The notes under the pieces were generated by a model that was not told the origin of the DNA, did not search any database, and was given only the letters and a program-made list of their open reading frames with translations. Made by a program: the position numbers and the translations under genes. Shown in pieces: positions 12,481-25,986 of a stretch of 64,000 bases of DNA. Location of the stretch: the NCBI RefSeq assembly GCF_048593235.1, contig NC_133617.1, forward strand, positions 5,709,607-5,773,606, given 5' to 3'. This DNA is from Sminthopsis crassicaudata (taxonomy: Eukaryota). How positions within the stretch are numbered: position 1 is the first letter of the stretch; every line of letters begins with the position of its first letter.

Positions 12481-13470
12481 CAGATTAGCGCTTTTATCAT
12501 TAAGAAGTTCTAGAACATGACTGATACCTTGAGCTTTGGTTGCATTTTTTGCCTTTTCTTTATTTCCCTGTAAATACTTTGAAAGTCCTCTTGCAAAAAC
12601 CCAAAAGGCCTGAGTAAAGATTTCGTTCCAGTGCCTGTAGGCAGCCTCATGAAGAGGATATGTATGAGAACAAGGGAGGGACAGGGCTAGAGAGCCTTGG
12701 AGAAGGGGTGAAGGCAGAGCACAAAAGGAGAGAGATATCCATGGCACCCAGATGGGCCTAGCCCCAGAGTCCTTCACTCCTTCCTTCATTCATTCATTCA
12801 TGCTGGAGGGGGGAGAAAAAATACCCTTTTATTACTTCCCTCTATGGATGTCAGAAAAAGACACAACAATAGCATTTTCGAGTCTGGTCTGTTTACCCAT
12901 GACTCACCATGCTTGTGCTCCCTGAATTCACCTCTCAAAGCATAGGGACCTGACCACATTTTTTCCTTACTCAATAAGCTCCTGTGAGTCTCTTCTATTC
13001 CCAGGATCAAAAAAGTCCCTGTTTAGTACATCCCTTGACCATCTATTCTCTTCCTCTTTTTGATCTTTTCTGTTATTCTGCTGCTCTGCCCTCATCCCCT
13101 GATTCATCTTCAGTGGGCCAGGGGGATGGTGCTCCCAGATTGTGCTCCAACCCCTGAATCTGTGCATTTCAATGGTTAGAATATCCTTCCCTCTCACTTC
13201 CTCTGGTTTTGTTCACAATTTGTGTTAAGATCAATCTCTGGTGGGAGACCATTCCAGTTATACTAGTGCCTCCTCTCTGAAATGATTAGTCATTTACCAT
13301 ATTTATCTCTTGTAGGCAAATGGATTTTTACATATTCTCTTCTCCATAAGTGTGACCTTCTTCAGGGCAGAGATTGCTTTTGCATTTCTTTTTATTTGCA
13401 AGGATTATCCCAGTGTAAAATAGTAAGCCTTTAATAAATGCTTTTAATCTGACAAAATTCCAATGAAGAG

Positions 13471-13772
13471 TGTAGAGGGCTGGAACTCTGGAGAATATAC
13501 TTGAAACAAGGTGTTAATTCAGTGGAATTGATGAGATGATGGTTCTCTAATTCACATATATTCTTAGTACTTAGTATGGTGATGGTTCTCTAGTTCACAC
13601 ATATATAGTATACTGTAATAATGTAATTACAATAAGGTATATAAGGGCGAAGAAGAACTGGAAATGAGACATTCTATCTTTGACCATCCTGGTGGCTCTC
13701 ATGTCTCCTCCACTAAGACCAAGGACTCAGACTGGTCCCAAGATCCTCCAGAAAGCTAGCCCGAACATTACA
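13471..13772 (+). mobile_element. Solo LTR
   Basis: tgtagagggc...aacattaca; 4-bp TSD AGAG; related to the LTR at 45249. Confidence 0.75.
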
Positions 13773-14649
13773 AGAGGGGGTTTATCTCTTGGAGTAAGAG
13801 TGAAATAAAAAGAAGCCAGGATAAAATGTGTGGGTGAAAAGGAAGCAAGTGGGAATTCTTCATGTCTCAGCTCACAGACTGGGTCTCCATTGGCTTGGGG
13901 CTAAGAACAATGTCAAAGTCTCTGTACAGTCTTACATTGTCTCTCTTGGGCAGAACCAAGGCCATGCTTTCATTTCCTTGTAGGGATGGGGAATGGAGTG
14001 GTTATTGGCACCCTTCTGTTGCCTTTCTTTCACTTCTTACTAGAAGCTCCAGGGTATCACTAGGCTGTTTCCAGAGATTTCTATTGGAACCAAATTCATA
14101 TCTGTAGTTGTAATTGTCCAAGTGCTTCGGGATCACACAAGTCAAGAAGAACTGGACCATATCATTATGGATTTCCAGGTTGATGCAGGATTTTCTCAAC
14201 TTCTCTCCTTGTTCAGAACAAACCTGTATGTAGCATATGAATTTTCCCAGCACATGAAGGTCATATTGGTCCCTGAGGTTACCTCTAGGCCAGTCCAGGC
14301 TGAGAGGAAAGACTTGGGGAGAGCATATGGAAACCCAAATAGGGATCAAGGTTCGCTTAAGTGTTGTGATGGGGGGTGGATGGAGAGCAAGACTGTAGAG
14401 GTCTCTGAGGAACTCCCTGACCATCAGTTCCTGCTTCCATTGATTGTGTCCATTTATTGCCTTTGGTGCAGCACCTGAGATGATCTATAATTCTAACTTT
14501 TCCCTTTGCTTCCTAAAGGACATCTCAACTTCTAGTTAATGGTGTTCAAACTAGCCTGAAAAATATGTCCTCCCAGATTTTTCTGGCAGTCTTTCTGTTC
14601 TAACTCCCTCCCTCTATTGTATGCTTTGAGAACTTGAACACATCCTCAT

Positions 14650-14951
14650 CTGTCACCCAGATCTCTAGGACCATACTGGGTTCAGACACCTGGTATGCAG
14701 CCATCTTCCTACAGTGGACACAACTATAGTTGCCAGTATCCTGGCAGCTCACAGTGAGGAGGGAAGAATTAATTGAAGTCCCAGCTGGTCTCTGGCTCTG
14801 CAGGGACTGAGGACTACCCACGTTCTGCAGAGTGAATGTCGCTCTCCAGAGTGCTGAACAAGGGAGCTGCCTGCATTGGAGAGTCACATGCTTCCCAGGC
14901 CCCATCACTAGGAATGGTAATGCTGAGAGGGATGGCTTGGGGAGAGATAAT
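14650..14951 (-). pseudogene. D4-type Ig exon of pseudogene D (open frame but non-functional splicing)
   Basis: ORF 14600-14995 SLPKPSLSALP...CRQ...GNYSC...VLEIWVT; 302 bp versus 300 in paralogs; donor reads ATGAGG. Confidence 0.8.
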
Positions 14952-17139
14952 CTGAGAGGAAGAACATGTGGTGGGAGTGAGGACACCTGGGTCAAATGAC
15001 AATGGTTTAATCATTTGATCTGTCTGAGTCTAAGTTTGGTTGCTCAGTTGTTTTTCAATCATGTCCAGTTGTTAGGACCTCATTTAGAGTTTTCTTGGGA
15101 AAAATTGTAGAGCTTTGCCATTTTCTTCCAGAGTTCCTTTTAGAGATGAAAAAAAAATGAGACCAACTGAGTTAAATAATAAGTTCAGGCTGTACAGGTA
15201 GTAATGATACAGAGGCTAGATTTGAATTCAGAAATATGAGTTTTTCAATTTCCAAGCCCTGCTTCTATCCTTTAAGCTTTGAGTTTCATTTAAGTCCTCT
15301 CTACATGAGTTCAACTTGAATATCTCTTGAAACTTTCTAGCTGCAGGTAGCCCTAAATCTAAGGAGACTGTCACATTCAGGGGAGACCACTCAACCTATG
15401 GTCTCATACATGTGATGACTCAAAAAATAAAAGATCATGGCCCCTCCTTCCTAAACTGGGCTATCATAGATAGCCCAGAGCTTAGCCTAAAACCAGGGCT
15501 TAGGTCATAATTCAGGAGTGAGAAGGCTCAAGCTTGTTTCCAGGCTCTGTCCCTCAGTCTTGTTTTCCTCTCAGTTCTTCATTTGCTCATTGGTAATAAG
15601 AGGATTTGAGCCTTAAGAATCTCCAAGGTCCCTCTCAACGTCTAAACTCCAACTCAGCTCCACCATAAGTTTTTACCCAATATTCTAGATCACAACAGAA
15701 ATATCTTATGTCTTCCTATGCCCCTGATTCAGGATAGATCCAGGGCACAACTGCGTGTGTAGACACCATTCCCTTGTCTTTGTGAAGTCCTTTCTGGCAG
15801 AGCACAGAGGGGTTATTCTTAGCCCTATACTGTGTCCCTCATATCCATCATCCAGCACCACCAGCTCTAGGGTATCACTGGACTCTGATTCTCCACCGGA
15901 GGATGACCTGCCCTTGTAAGTATGGCTGTAGCTCCCACTGTCTCCTCAGATCTCATGGAAGGGAAGGAGAAGATCCTTCCAGAGATCTGCGGCTATAAGG
16001 GTTTCTGAGTCCCAGCCTTCCACAGAGTGAAAATCACTTTTTTAAGACAAGATAGTCTGGGTCTTGAGCACCACAGAGTGATATTAGTCTTTGGGGTTAT
16101 CACAAGGCCAGATTGGGCCCACAAAGTGTCTTTGGGGAGTTGTCCTAAGAAGAAAGGAGTTCTAGAGTTCAAAGTCTGATGTTATTTCTAGCCCCCAAGA
16201 AAGAGCTAGCAGAAATTTTCTCATGAGAATGAGCAGTCCCACCACGAGATAAGCTCATGGAGGGCTGAAGAATTAGTAAAGAAACACAACTTTTATAGAT
16301 TTTGTTACAAGAGATTACATCATAAGTAAGAGTGCCTTGGGTAAGGGGGAGGCATCTAATTGATTGCTGCTATCCGGAGAGATTGGAATAGAAAGTTTCT
16401 ATTTCCCAGAAATCACCTGATTTCTAGGAAACAGAAAATCAGGCCTTCAGGTTTTAGATAATCAAGCAGACAATGGTTAAGCTAATAGACTAAATATTGA
16501 TAAATGTCACCAGCTTAGGTTAAATAAATTTAGGCCTGTAACTAACCAAGGCTAAGTAAATACACCTGCACATATTATATTTATTCAGGTTATGATGAAA
16601 ATAAAGAAAAAGAATTCACACATTTCCGTAAGTTCTTCATCTTTCCATTCCACACACTTGTAAGGCTCTTTAGCTATAAAACCTCCAGGTTCTTTGCCTC
16701 CAGGAGGGCAAAACTGTAGGGTTACCATGATGACATTTGGCTCTAGATGGTCATTCTTCTCCCTGGGGATATCATGGAGCCATGAGGTTGAAATGCTAAG
16801 TATGGGGAGTGTTGCTGTGAGAGGAGGAAGCTAGAGACCTTACCTCTCACAACCAGTCCCTCACATTATAGCCTGGAACACAGCTGAAAAGGGAGAGGAT
16901 AGGCTGAGGGTCCTGGCCAGGTGTCTGGATCCAGTCCTGTAGGCCTGTTTGTTGCTCAGTAATTTGACTCCAAGGGTCAGCAAAAAGATTTTCTAGGCCC
17001 AGCAAAGCCATGAATGTACAGAGTCATGGGAGGAGAAGGGACATGGATAGAGGTGATCACCCTCCCCCTCCTCACTCACTCTTCTCACCTACTCCAAGGT
17101 ACCCAACCTTGGCTCTACAGTTGGGCTGCTGGATTAAGG

Positions 17140-17616
17140 CAGGATCTTTTTATATTATTATTATAGCTTTTCATTTACAAGATATATGCAGGGGTAATTT
17201 TTCAGCATTGATAATTGCAAAACCTTTTATTCCAGTTTTCCCCTTCTTTCTCCCTCCCCCTCCTCCAGATGGCAGGACATGTATATATGTCCATACAGTT
17301 ATTTTGGTAACAAAAAGAATTGGACTTGAAATAGTTCACACATTTAGCCTGTGAAGAAAATCAGAAATGCAGGTGGACAAAAACAGAGGGACTGGGAATT
17401 CTATGTAGTGGTTCACACTCATTTCCCAGAGTTCTTTCTCTGGGTGCAGCTGGTTCAGTTCATTACTGCTCTATTGGAACTGATTTGGTTTATCTCATTG
17501 TTGGAGAGGGCCACGTCCATCAGAATTGATCAGCATATAGTATTGTTGTTGAAGTGTATAATGATCTCCTGGTCCTTCTCACTTCCCTCAGCATCAGTTC
17601 ATGTAAGTCTCTCCAG
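17140..17616 (-). mobile_element. L1 3'UTR fragment
   Basis: Poly-T head plus L1 3'UTR motifs (ctcctccagatggcagg, gtccatcagaattgatc, ctccctcagcatcagttcatgtaagtctctccagg). Confidence 0.8.
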
Positions 17617-20600
17617 GTAAGGCAGGATCTTAATGCACCATAATCTGACAAATTCAGTCCTTTCTCTTAGCTTCTGGGTTTGGAAAGCCCTTTGTTCTTA
17701 ATAATTCCATGAGTGGGTGGGGGTTGAGTGTAGTTAGAGAGAAACCCAGTTTCTGAGGAAAGGCCCTACCCATTTCTCACCCTGTTGTATTGTGCCTGGT
17801 TCTTGCTCTGCGAAACCACAGCAGAGCTGGCAGAGGTGTGTATGACCCAGGATAGAGATAGCAGACACCAGTACAGGAGGACAGGGGCTCCCTCTGGAAA
17901 GATTTATGAGGAATTATACATTCTCTGGTTCACTTGGCCCCACTCATCATCTATGAGCCATTTCCTACTTCATAATGGGGGAGCCCAAAGATTTAGGGGA
18001 GACACCATTCTTGCTACCATAAGGGGATTCACATCCTGGGGATCACAGAGGTTGAACTCAAATGATCCCATTAGAGAATTTTGCTCATGAGCTTCATGCT
18101 ATGGAAAGGGGAGCTGAGGTCCACTGGAGGTCCAGGACTAGCTCATAGTTGCCCATCCATGACTGGGGTAGGACAGGTGTGTGAGCCCCCTCTCTCACGC
18201 TCCTAATCTTAGGCTTTTTCCTCCTTCAGCAGGCTGCCATCTAACACAGTTCAGATGGATAGCAGCCTGGGGCTGCTGGGATGGGTCTCAAAACTAGAGT
18301 GGGCTCATGAGAGAGGTAAAGGGCCAAGGGCCAGGTTATTGTCACTTGAGTCCATTAGGGACAGCATCCTTGGGCAGCCAGTGTCTAAGCTAAGGTTCAT
18401 GCATGTGTAGGAAAGTGAAGTTGAAGGTGGGAAAGGCATCACAGGCAGAGAAACTGTGTAAAGGAAGAATGGTGTGATATGATGGAGGTGGAGGAGGCAT
18501 CTGTGCAGGCTGAGTGTAATATAGGGAAGACAGAAGGGGACCGTGGGAGACAGAAATGGACAGGCAGAATGTTTTCATCATGGGCCATATGGAAGCAAGG
18601 AAAAATTCATCCAGATGTCATTTGTTCAGGAAAAGCTATATGTCCATTCTCCCAAAGATTGCTGGGAATCCTCTAAGGGAGTGGTAATCTGGCTGATTCA
18701 CCAGGGGACACTAAGCAGATTGGGGAAGACACCTGGATTTGGAGCTGGGGAACATTCTACTCCTGACACTAAAGAACCTTTGGACTTGATCAAGTCAGTT
18801 TACCTCTTCTCCAGGCCTCAGTTTCCCATCTCTAAAAGAGAAATTATGGTATCTATGCTCTCTAGGTCACAGCGTTATTCAGGAGAAAGACTTCAACACT
18901 CAAAATGTCAGGTTAAGAGCAATAAGTTCCCAGAGCCTTGTGAATTGTGACTGGTAAGAGGAAAAAGGTAGTAACACTTGAAAGTCTGCACCATGTATAA
19001 ATTGAATCTTTAGAGGGGGATCTGGGGGTCTTCTCTTAGGACTTGATCCTTTCCCCAAGGATAGTTTTATACCAGCTCTCTCTTACCTGTCTCCACCACC
19101 AGGGCCAAGGGGTCATTGATCTCTGACCACTGGGGTCCCTGCCCCCGAGCGGCACCTGTAGCTTTCAGCATCTCTGAAGTCATCCACGTTCTTGTGCATA
19201 AAATCGGCCAATTGCCCCAAATCGTTTCTCTCTTTCAGTCTTGATGGTTCCCTTCCTCAGTGCATTTCTGTGTGTCCTGGACTTAAAATGATTACAGTCA
19301 TTTAACATCATGATCACTACTATTCCCAGTATACTGGCAAGATGTGAAAAAAAAGTCAAAATCTATTATTATGGGTCATTTGGCCAAGAATAAGAGACAG
19401 AAATATTATTCAATGATAAAGAGAATGAGAAAAATTTATCATATTTTAGAGAAATGTCCAGAAAAGATTTGAAATAATGAAAAAAATAAGTTGAAAGTCA
19501 GAAGAGGAATGAATCACACCCTAATTTCTTTTCTGAGAGGAAAAGAGAAAGGAAAAATTAAATAATTAGATAAAAGGAAAAAGGGAAACAATAAGCAAAA
19601 TTTTAAGATCAGAACAAGAGGTACCCATTTTAAAAAAAATTATATTCTTTTTTTAAAATTTAAATCTTTATTTTTAAAACATATGCACATTTAATTTTTA
19701 ATTTTCACCCTTGCAAAAGGTTATGCTCTAAATTTTTTTTCTCCCTTCCCTCCCCTCACCCCTTCCTCTAGACCACAAGTAATCCAATATATATTGAACA
19801 TGGGCAATTCTTCAATATATACATATTTCCATTGAATTATCATGCATGTACTTACCTCACAGAAAGGTGATGAATCAAGATGGAGAAGAAGACATACACT
19901 TTGGGACACTTCAAAGTTAAAATTTTTGCATAACATATTTTTAGAAGGTCTTTCTTTTATTTTTCCTTTACAAAGAGCTGGGTTTTTGGGAAATGACAGG
20001 TGATAAGAATAAGGTAGAAAAAAAAAAAAACAAAGAGAGAGAGAATAGAAAAATATAAATGCTGTCTCTTTCATTAGACTTTTACCTTCTTGAAGACTGA
20101 GAATTTCTTTTTATTTGTAACCTCAGAACATAGCATAGTGCCTGGCATAGATGTTTGTTGACAATTTGAAAATTGATGGTGTGTTGTCACCATTGTCATA
20201 GTATATAGTTCTAGAGATAGTAGTTAATCAATGACAAGAAAAACGAGTCAATACAAGAAACCTCAAAAGGATTGCTTTTTTTTTTCAGATGATATGACTA
20301 CTTAAATTAAATGTTTTAATTAAATGTTAAATTTTTAAAAATTAACAAAATGATTTTGTTAAGTTATAAGACATAAAATCAATTCAAGAAATCTGGAGTA
20401 TTTTTGTATGTTAACAACAAAGCTCACGAGAGATACAAAAGACTTTTGTATTCATAATTCATATAGAATATATAAATTATCTGAGACTTCCTTTACCAAG
20501 ACACAAAGGGGAACTAATGGATTTCAACTCTAATTAAAGACAAACTTTAATCATTTAAATAGTGACTTTGCCTGTAATTCTACTGGGAGAGGGAACTTCC

Positions 20601-21114
20601 ATGTGAGGAAATTCCATCTATTAATGTGCTAGGCCATCTCCTGTGCAATTTAAAGTCTAAAAAATTTGACAGAGCATTGAGAGGCTAAAGGATGTGCCTA
20701 GAACTGGAGAACTAAGATGTGGTGGAGTGAGATCTGAAAGAAGGTATGGTTGGCTTCATGTCTGCCTTCTCTCATCTGCCTCCTACTGCTTATAAACTTC
20801 TCATGATTAAGCCTTTCTAACAGAGCAAAAATATAAAACTGATACTAAATATTAAAACCAATGAATTTATATGCTCTTTTCAATATAAAAATTACTAAAT
20901 ATTTCCTCATAGAATGAAGAGCATATATACATAGAAATATATAATTTATATATGTGTGTGTCTATACATTTATATATACATACATAAGTATACACACACA
21001 TATCCAGGAGTATAAGTTATGCAAAAACAACAGACATTGTAAAGAAAAGCAACTTTGAAAGTCTTAAATACTCTGAAAAATGCAGTTATCCATATCTGCA
21101 GAAGATGTCCCAAG

Positions 21115-21653
21115 NNNNNNNNNNNNNNNNNNNNNNNNNNNNNNNNNNNNNNNNNNNNNNNNNNNNNNNNNNNNNNNNNNNNNNNNNNNNNNNNNNNNNN
21201 NNNNNNNNNNNNNNNNNNNNNNNNNNNNNNNNNNNNNNNNNNNNNNNNNNNNNNNNNNNNNNNNNNNNNNNNNNNNNNNNNNNNNNNNNNNNNNNNNNNN
21301 NNNNNNNNNNNNNNNNNNNNNNNNNNNNNNNNNNNNNNNNNNNNNNNNNNNNNNNNNNNNNNNNNNNNNNNNNNNNNNNNNNNNNNNNNNNNNNNNNNNN
21401 NNNNNNNNNNNNNNNNNNNNNNNNNNNNNNNNNNNNNNNNNNNNNNNNNNNNNNNNNNNNNNNNNNNNNNNNNNNNNNNNNNNNNNNNNNNNNNNNNNNN
21501 NNNNNNNNNNNNNNNNNNNNNNNNNNNNNNNNNNNNNNNNNNNNNNNNNNNNNNNNNNNNNNNNNNNNNNNNNNNNNNNNNNNNNNNNNNNNNNNNNNNN
21601 NNNNNNNNNNNNNNNNNNNNNNNNNNNNNNNNNNNNNNNNNNNNNNNNNNNNN
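21115..21653. other. Assembly gap (N run)
   Basis: Seen directly. Confidence 1.
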
Positions 21654-21727
21654 TGAGACCAAATTTAAACTCGGGTCCTCCTGAATTCAGGGCTGGTGCT
21701 CTATCCACTGCACCACCTAGCTGCCCC
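21654..21727 (-). mobile_element. Marsupial-type tRNA-derived SINE, 5' part
   Basis: Minus strand ggggcagctaggtggtgcagtggatagagcaccagccctgaattcaggaggacccgagttt. Confidence 0.85.
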
Positions 21728-21764
21728 ATGGACTCCAAATCTTGACTGAGAAGTCCTGGTTACC

Positions 21765-21770
<6 letters not shown>

Positions 21771-21810
<40 letters not shown>
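21771..21810. repeat. (GT)20 microsatellite
   Basis: Seen directly. Confidence 0.95.
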
Positions 21811-21812
<2 letters not shown>

Positions 21813-22068
21813 ATCCAACAGCATCATAGAACTCCTGCTCAGGATTATCTCTTGGAATCAGAGTGAGACAAGCAGAAAACTGGATAAAGATGTGAGGGTC
21901 AAAATGAAAAAAAAAAAGGAATGGCTCATGTCTCAGCTCACATTCTTGGTCTCCATTAGCCTAGAACTGAGGTCAATGTCAAAGTCTCTATAGACCCTTA
22001 CATTGTATCTCTTGGCCAGACTAAGGCCATGGCTTTATATTGGTACCCTCCCTTTGTCTTCCTCTCAC

Positions 22069-22354
22069 CTCCTATTAGAAGCTCAGGGAATTACTAGGTT
22101 GTTCCCAGGGATATGTATTGGTGTCAAGCTGATGAATAGAGATATAATTTCCAGAGTTCTTGACAGTCACATGAATTAGGAAGAACTGGGCCTGACCTCT
22201 ATGCTTTCCATACAGAGTGATATTCTATCAACTGCCCCCTTGTACAGAACAATCTTAGTAGTCCATGAAGGTCCCCAGAACTGGAGGGTCACATTGGTTC
22301 CTGAGGGCACTTCTAGGCTAGGTAAGGCTGTGAAGGGAGGCTTGAGGAATACAT
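22069..22354 (-). pseudogene. Decayed D5-type Ig exon (unit E')
   Basis: cag|AT GTA TTC CTC AAG CCT..., DVFLKPPFTALPSLEVPSGTNVTLQFWG: first Cys lost, frameshift and stop; 286 bp versus 288. Confidence 0.8.
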
Positions 22355-22789
22355 CTGGAAAAACAGAGTCCAGAGATCCTCAAGATCACCTCCACAGTTG
22401 CTATGAGCATGGGTGGAGGGGGAGCAAGACTGGAGAGGTCCTGACTATCAATGCCTGTTTCCATTGACTCGTTGCCCAAAGTCTGTTTCCCTGAACAGAA
22501 GTAGATATTAAACCTCAGGTATTTTTTAGGGTTATCTAGGTATAGGAAGGCTATTTCTCCTTCCATTCTTGTCCCTTGAGCTTGGTGCAGTACCTGAGCT
22601 GGTCCATCCTTCCACTTATGCTCTTCACTTCCTAAGGATCACCCAGTTTTTGTCCCAATCTCTACTTTATGATGATTCAATGAGCCTGAAAAATATATTC
22701 TCACAGATTTTCTGGGCTACCATTAAATCCTACTTCCCATCCCTCTACTTTATGCCTTGGGTACTTGAACACACTCTCCCTTTTCACCC

Positions 22790-22995
22790 AAATCTGTGGG
22801 ACCTTATTGGGCTTAAACCCCTGGCAGAAAGCCATTTTCTTCTAGAGAAACATCTTTTATTGCCACCATCCTGGGCCATAGTCTTCATTACCATCATCTT
22901 CCTTATCATTATCACTATCATCATCATCTCCTTTTTCATAATCACCACCACCACCAACACAAAGATCATCCTCATTATTATACAATCTCAACATT
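22790..22995 (-). pseudogene. D4 3'-end remnant fused to a (CAT/CAC)n repeat (unit E')
   Basis: Flanks homologous to 12190-12560, with the same type of repeat at the same place. Confidence 0.6.
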
Positions 22996-24888
22996 AGAGC
23001 TTTTATCATGAGGAGCTTCTAGAATATGGCTAATGTCTTGAGCTTGGGCTGCATTTTTACTTCCACTTCATTTCCCTATAGATACTTTGAAAGCCTCTAG
23101 TAAAGAAACAAAAAAGAGGGCCTGAATAAAGTTTTAGTCTCATTGAATTTTGGCAGGTACGGGGGTATATAGGGACAGGGGAGAGATGGGTAGTGAGCCT
23201 TGGACAAGGGTTGCATCAGAGACTAAAAGAAGAGAGAGTCATGGAATCCAGATGGGACTAGTTGGGTCTAGTCCAGAGCCTTTCACTCCCTTATATATTT
23301 ATTCATACTGGAGGGAGGAGCAAAAACATCCTCCCATCCCTTCTTTTAATGAAGGTCTGAAAATACTCATCATCTCTTCATTTGCCACCTGATGCTATGC
23401 TAGGATTTTCTGCCACCATCATCTTGATCATGCTCAGGTTCAGGTACTCTCTGACACTGTCCTTTCCTCTTCTTCAGTGTCCTCTTGCTTATCATCTTTT
23501 CCATTAATTATAAGTCCCTAGAAGACAGAATAGTTTTTCATTTTTCTTAGTTGCCTCATTAGGGCTTATCACTTAGGATCTCAATAATTATTCATTATAT
23601 CATAGAGTATCATTTATTGATTCATCCATTCGACAAATGCTTATTATATCCACTATGTGCAAAGCATGTTAAAGCTGTTGATGCAAAAATAAAGCTGAAA
23701 AAAATCAACCCCTTCTTTCAGAGTGATTATATTATTTCCAAGAGATTGCATTGTAGATATACAGTTACAAGATGTATATAATGAGCAAATACTAAGTTAA
23801 CAAAAATTACATAGTCATTTCAAGAGAGAGAAGATGCCTGGAACTGAGGGAGAGGGTAGTAGTACCAGTCAGAGTCTGGAAAGGACTTAGCACCGGAGAA
23901 GTTTATCAAAGGAAGCGGATGATTCTAGAAACCAAAACAGATGGTAATCCAGACAGGAGGCAGGGGCACATACTTGAGGAGATACCATTTCCACAGAAAC
24001 TCAAACATTAGGTAGTCTTCCTTCCTTTTTTGCATCTAGGTTCCTGACCCGGCTGTTTAAGCTTTAGGGCCATTTTGGGACCTCTGTCCTTGGTCCTCCT
24101 CTAGTTCTTCCATTCCTTACCCAAGATGAACCCTAGGATTATAAGGACTAGTGTGGCCAGGCCAATGTGTATGAGATTCCCCACAGTATAATCCTTTAGA
24201 GCGGAATCTGAGGAAGAAAAGGTTAGAGGCAGTCATTGATTCAAGAATGGAACTTTGATTCAGGAAGTCTTTGAAATGTCCCAGATCCTTGCCTGTTCCA
24301 TCCTTCTCTCCTGTTAGCTGAGAGTTCCCCACAACTCACTTGAATTCAGCCCTAGACAGCTTGGTTTGGGACAGGATCACACTGAACAAAAATTCTGAGA
24401 TTGATTTTCTTGCTACCAACCTCCACATTCACATTAGGAAAGTTCCTCATCTTTTGTACTTTCCTTCCCTTTCTCTGATCCCGTGTACTGGGGAACCTGG
24501 CACATCATATCTCCAATTTTTATTGCTTCTCTAGAGCAAAGGTCATCCCTGAGATTGAGGGGGAGTGGAGTGCAGAAGTATACAATGAGGACATCTGGGA
24601 CAGGTGGTGAGACAGGGAAAGAAGAGATAGGTCAATACATCAAGAGATTCTGAAAGGTCAATGTAACTGGAGATGGGGCAGGCTTTGAGCTGGCAAGGAA
24701 TCAACAGGTGGTGAAAGCATGGCCTCAGAGGAGATTTTAAAAAAGTGAGTGGAATGGCTTGTGAAATGAAGGACAAAATCTGTGCGAGTGAAGTTGTTGA
24801 GGAAAAGAGGACTGAGTAGTGATGGTTGAAATTGTTGGGAATGTCAGGAGGGTGCATGCTCCTTTGGGCAAGACACTTGGGGCATGGT

Positions 24889-25010
24889 TGTTAGGTTCTT
24901 ACTAAGGGCTAATGAGATAATGAGATATTAGGTTCTTACTAAGTGCTAAGTCGGTTCTTGACAATTCTCTAGTTCCCGCCTTTACTGGAAGTTTTACTTC
25001 TATGAATTCA
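24889..25010 (+). mobile_element. 5' fragment of LTR (same family as 7643 and 56564)
   Basis: tgttaggttcttactaagggctaatgagataatgagatattaggttcttactaagtgctaag. Confidence 0.75.
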
Positions 25011-25898
25011 AGATTTGTCCCAGCCTTCCCAGAGGTGAGCGCATAGATATTTTCTTTGAGATGAATCTCCCAATACCAGAAAGGCCTTAGCCTTTCTCTG
25101 TGGCCCACTCATGGCCCTGTGTTCCAAAGTAATTCAGTAGATGAAGATATTTATAGGGTCAAGGGATTGGAAGTATTAGTTAATGTGAACAGATGATGAA
25201 TGAGTTGTGTGAAGTTCTGTCTAAGGTGATAGAAGCCATACTGAAATCCAACCAGAAAATAATCCCATCAAAATGGAGACAGAGTTGACAATTGTCAGAT
25301 GACTCTAGATATTGGAAGAGCTCACCTTGAGAATCAATTCTCTTCATACTGTGTATGTAGGCCATTTGTTTTATGCGGCAACAGCTGTTGCACAGGGTTG
25401 AAGGTGAAATATATGTCCTTGTGGAGAGGTTCATGATACCTGCTGACTGTGAATATTGACAGGTTCCTGAGCTAGGAAATAGGTTCTCCCAGCACATCCT
25501 CTGTTTACACTTCTTTCAGACTTCCCAAGGGAAACAGATACTAAACTCCTTCATTGCCGATAAAATTCTGGGAATGTTAGTGCAACCTTAATCTTCATTG
25601 CTTCCATGTTGTCATCTCTCAAAGGTGCCCACTTGTCTCCTCTGTGACTACCCTGCCCTGATTCAGGCTCTCATCATCTAGTGGCTAATTACAGCAAAAA
25701 CCATTTTGAATCTGTCCTGTTTACTCCATGACTCCCCATGCTTAGCGCTCGCTTTATTATCCTGCCAAAGCACAGGGCCCTGACTGCATCTTTACCCTAC
25801 TCAAACTCTTGTGCCTCCCTTCTACTCCCAGGATTGAAAAGTCCCTGTTTAGTATCAACAACCGCTGTTCCTTTCCTCAGTTTGGTCTCTTCTACTAT

Positions 25899-25904
25899 TT
25901 TATT
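25899..25904 (-). terminator. Candidate polyadenylation signal AATAAA for gene C read-through transcript
   Basis: tttatt on + strand, ~83 nt past the TGA at 25987; a second hexamer at 25753-25758; use is not demonstrated. Confidence 0.3.
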
Positions 25905-25986
25905 GTCCTGCTTGAACTCTCCCATTTATCCTCACTGATCTCTGGGAGGATGCTCCCAGACGATGCTTCAGTTTCTGTAATTGCTT

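Larger units (their letters stand above)
14034..19260 (-). pseudogene. Pseudogene D: decayed 5-Ig LRC-type gene (D1 3' half 19087-19260, D2 remnant ~16650-16814, D3 ~15851-16144, D4 14650-14951, D5 14034-14326)
   Basis: Same exon order and intron homology as A/B/C. D1 5' half missing and frameshifted; D2 frameshifted and truncated; D3 in-frame TAG; D4 +2 nt at 5' end and donor GT>AT; D5 acceptor CAG>CAT and in-frame TGA. Confidence 0.85.

Noticed and set aside
12188-12520. His-rich and Met-rich ORFs (also 22569-22997 and 22784-22975)
   Set aside because: They are translations of the (CAT/CAC)n microsatellite, with no splice or start context
20970-21745. Long ORFs of 180-230 aa here, and similar ones at 40121-40590, 49114-49434 and 62457-62843
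   Set aside because: They are X-runs over assembly gaps
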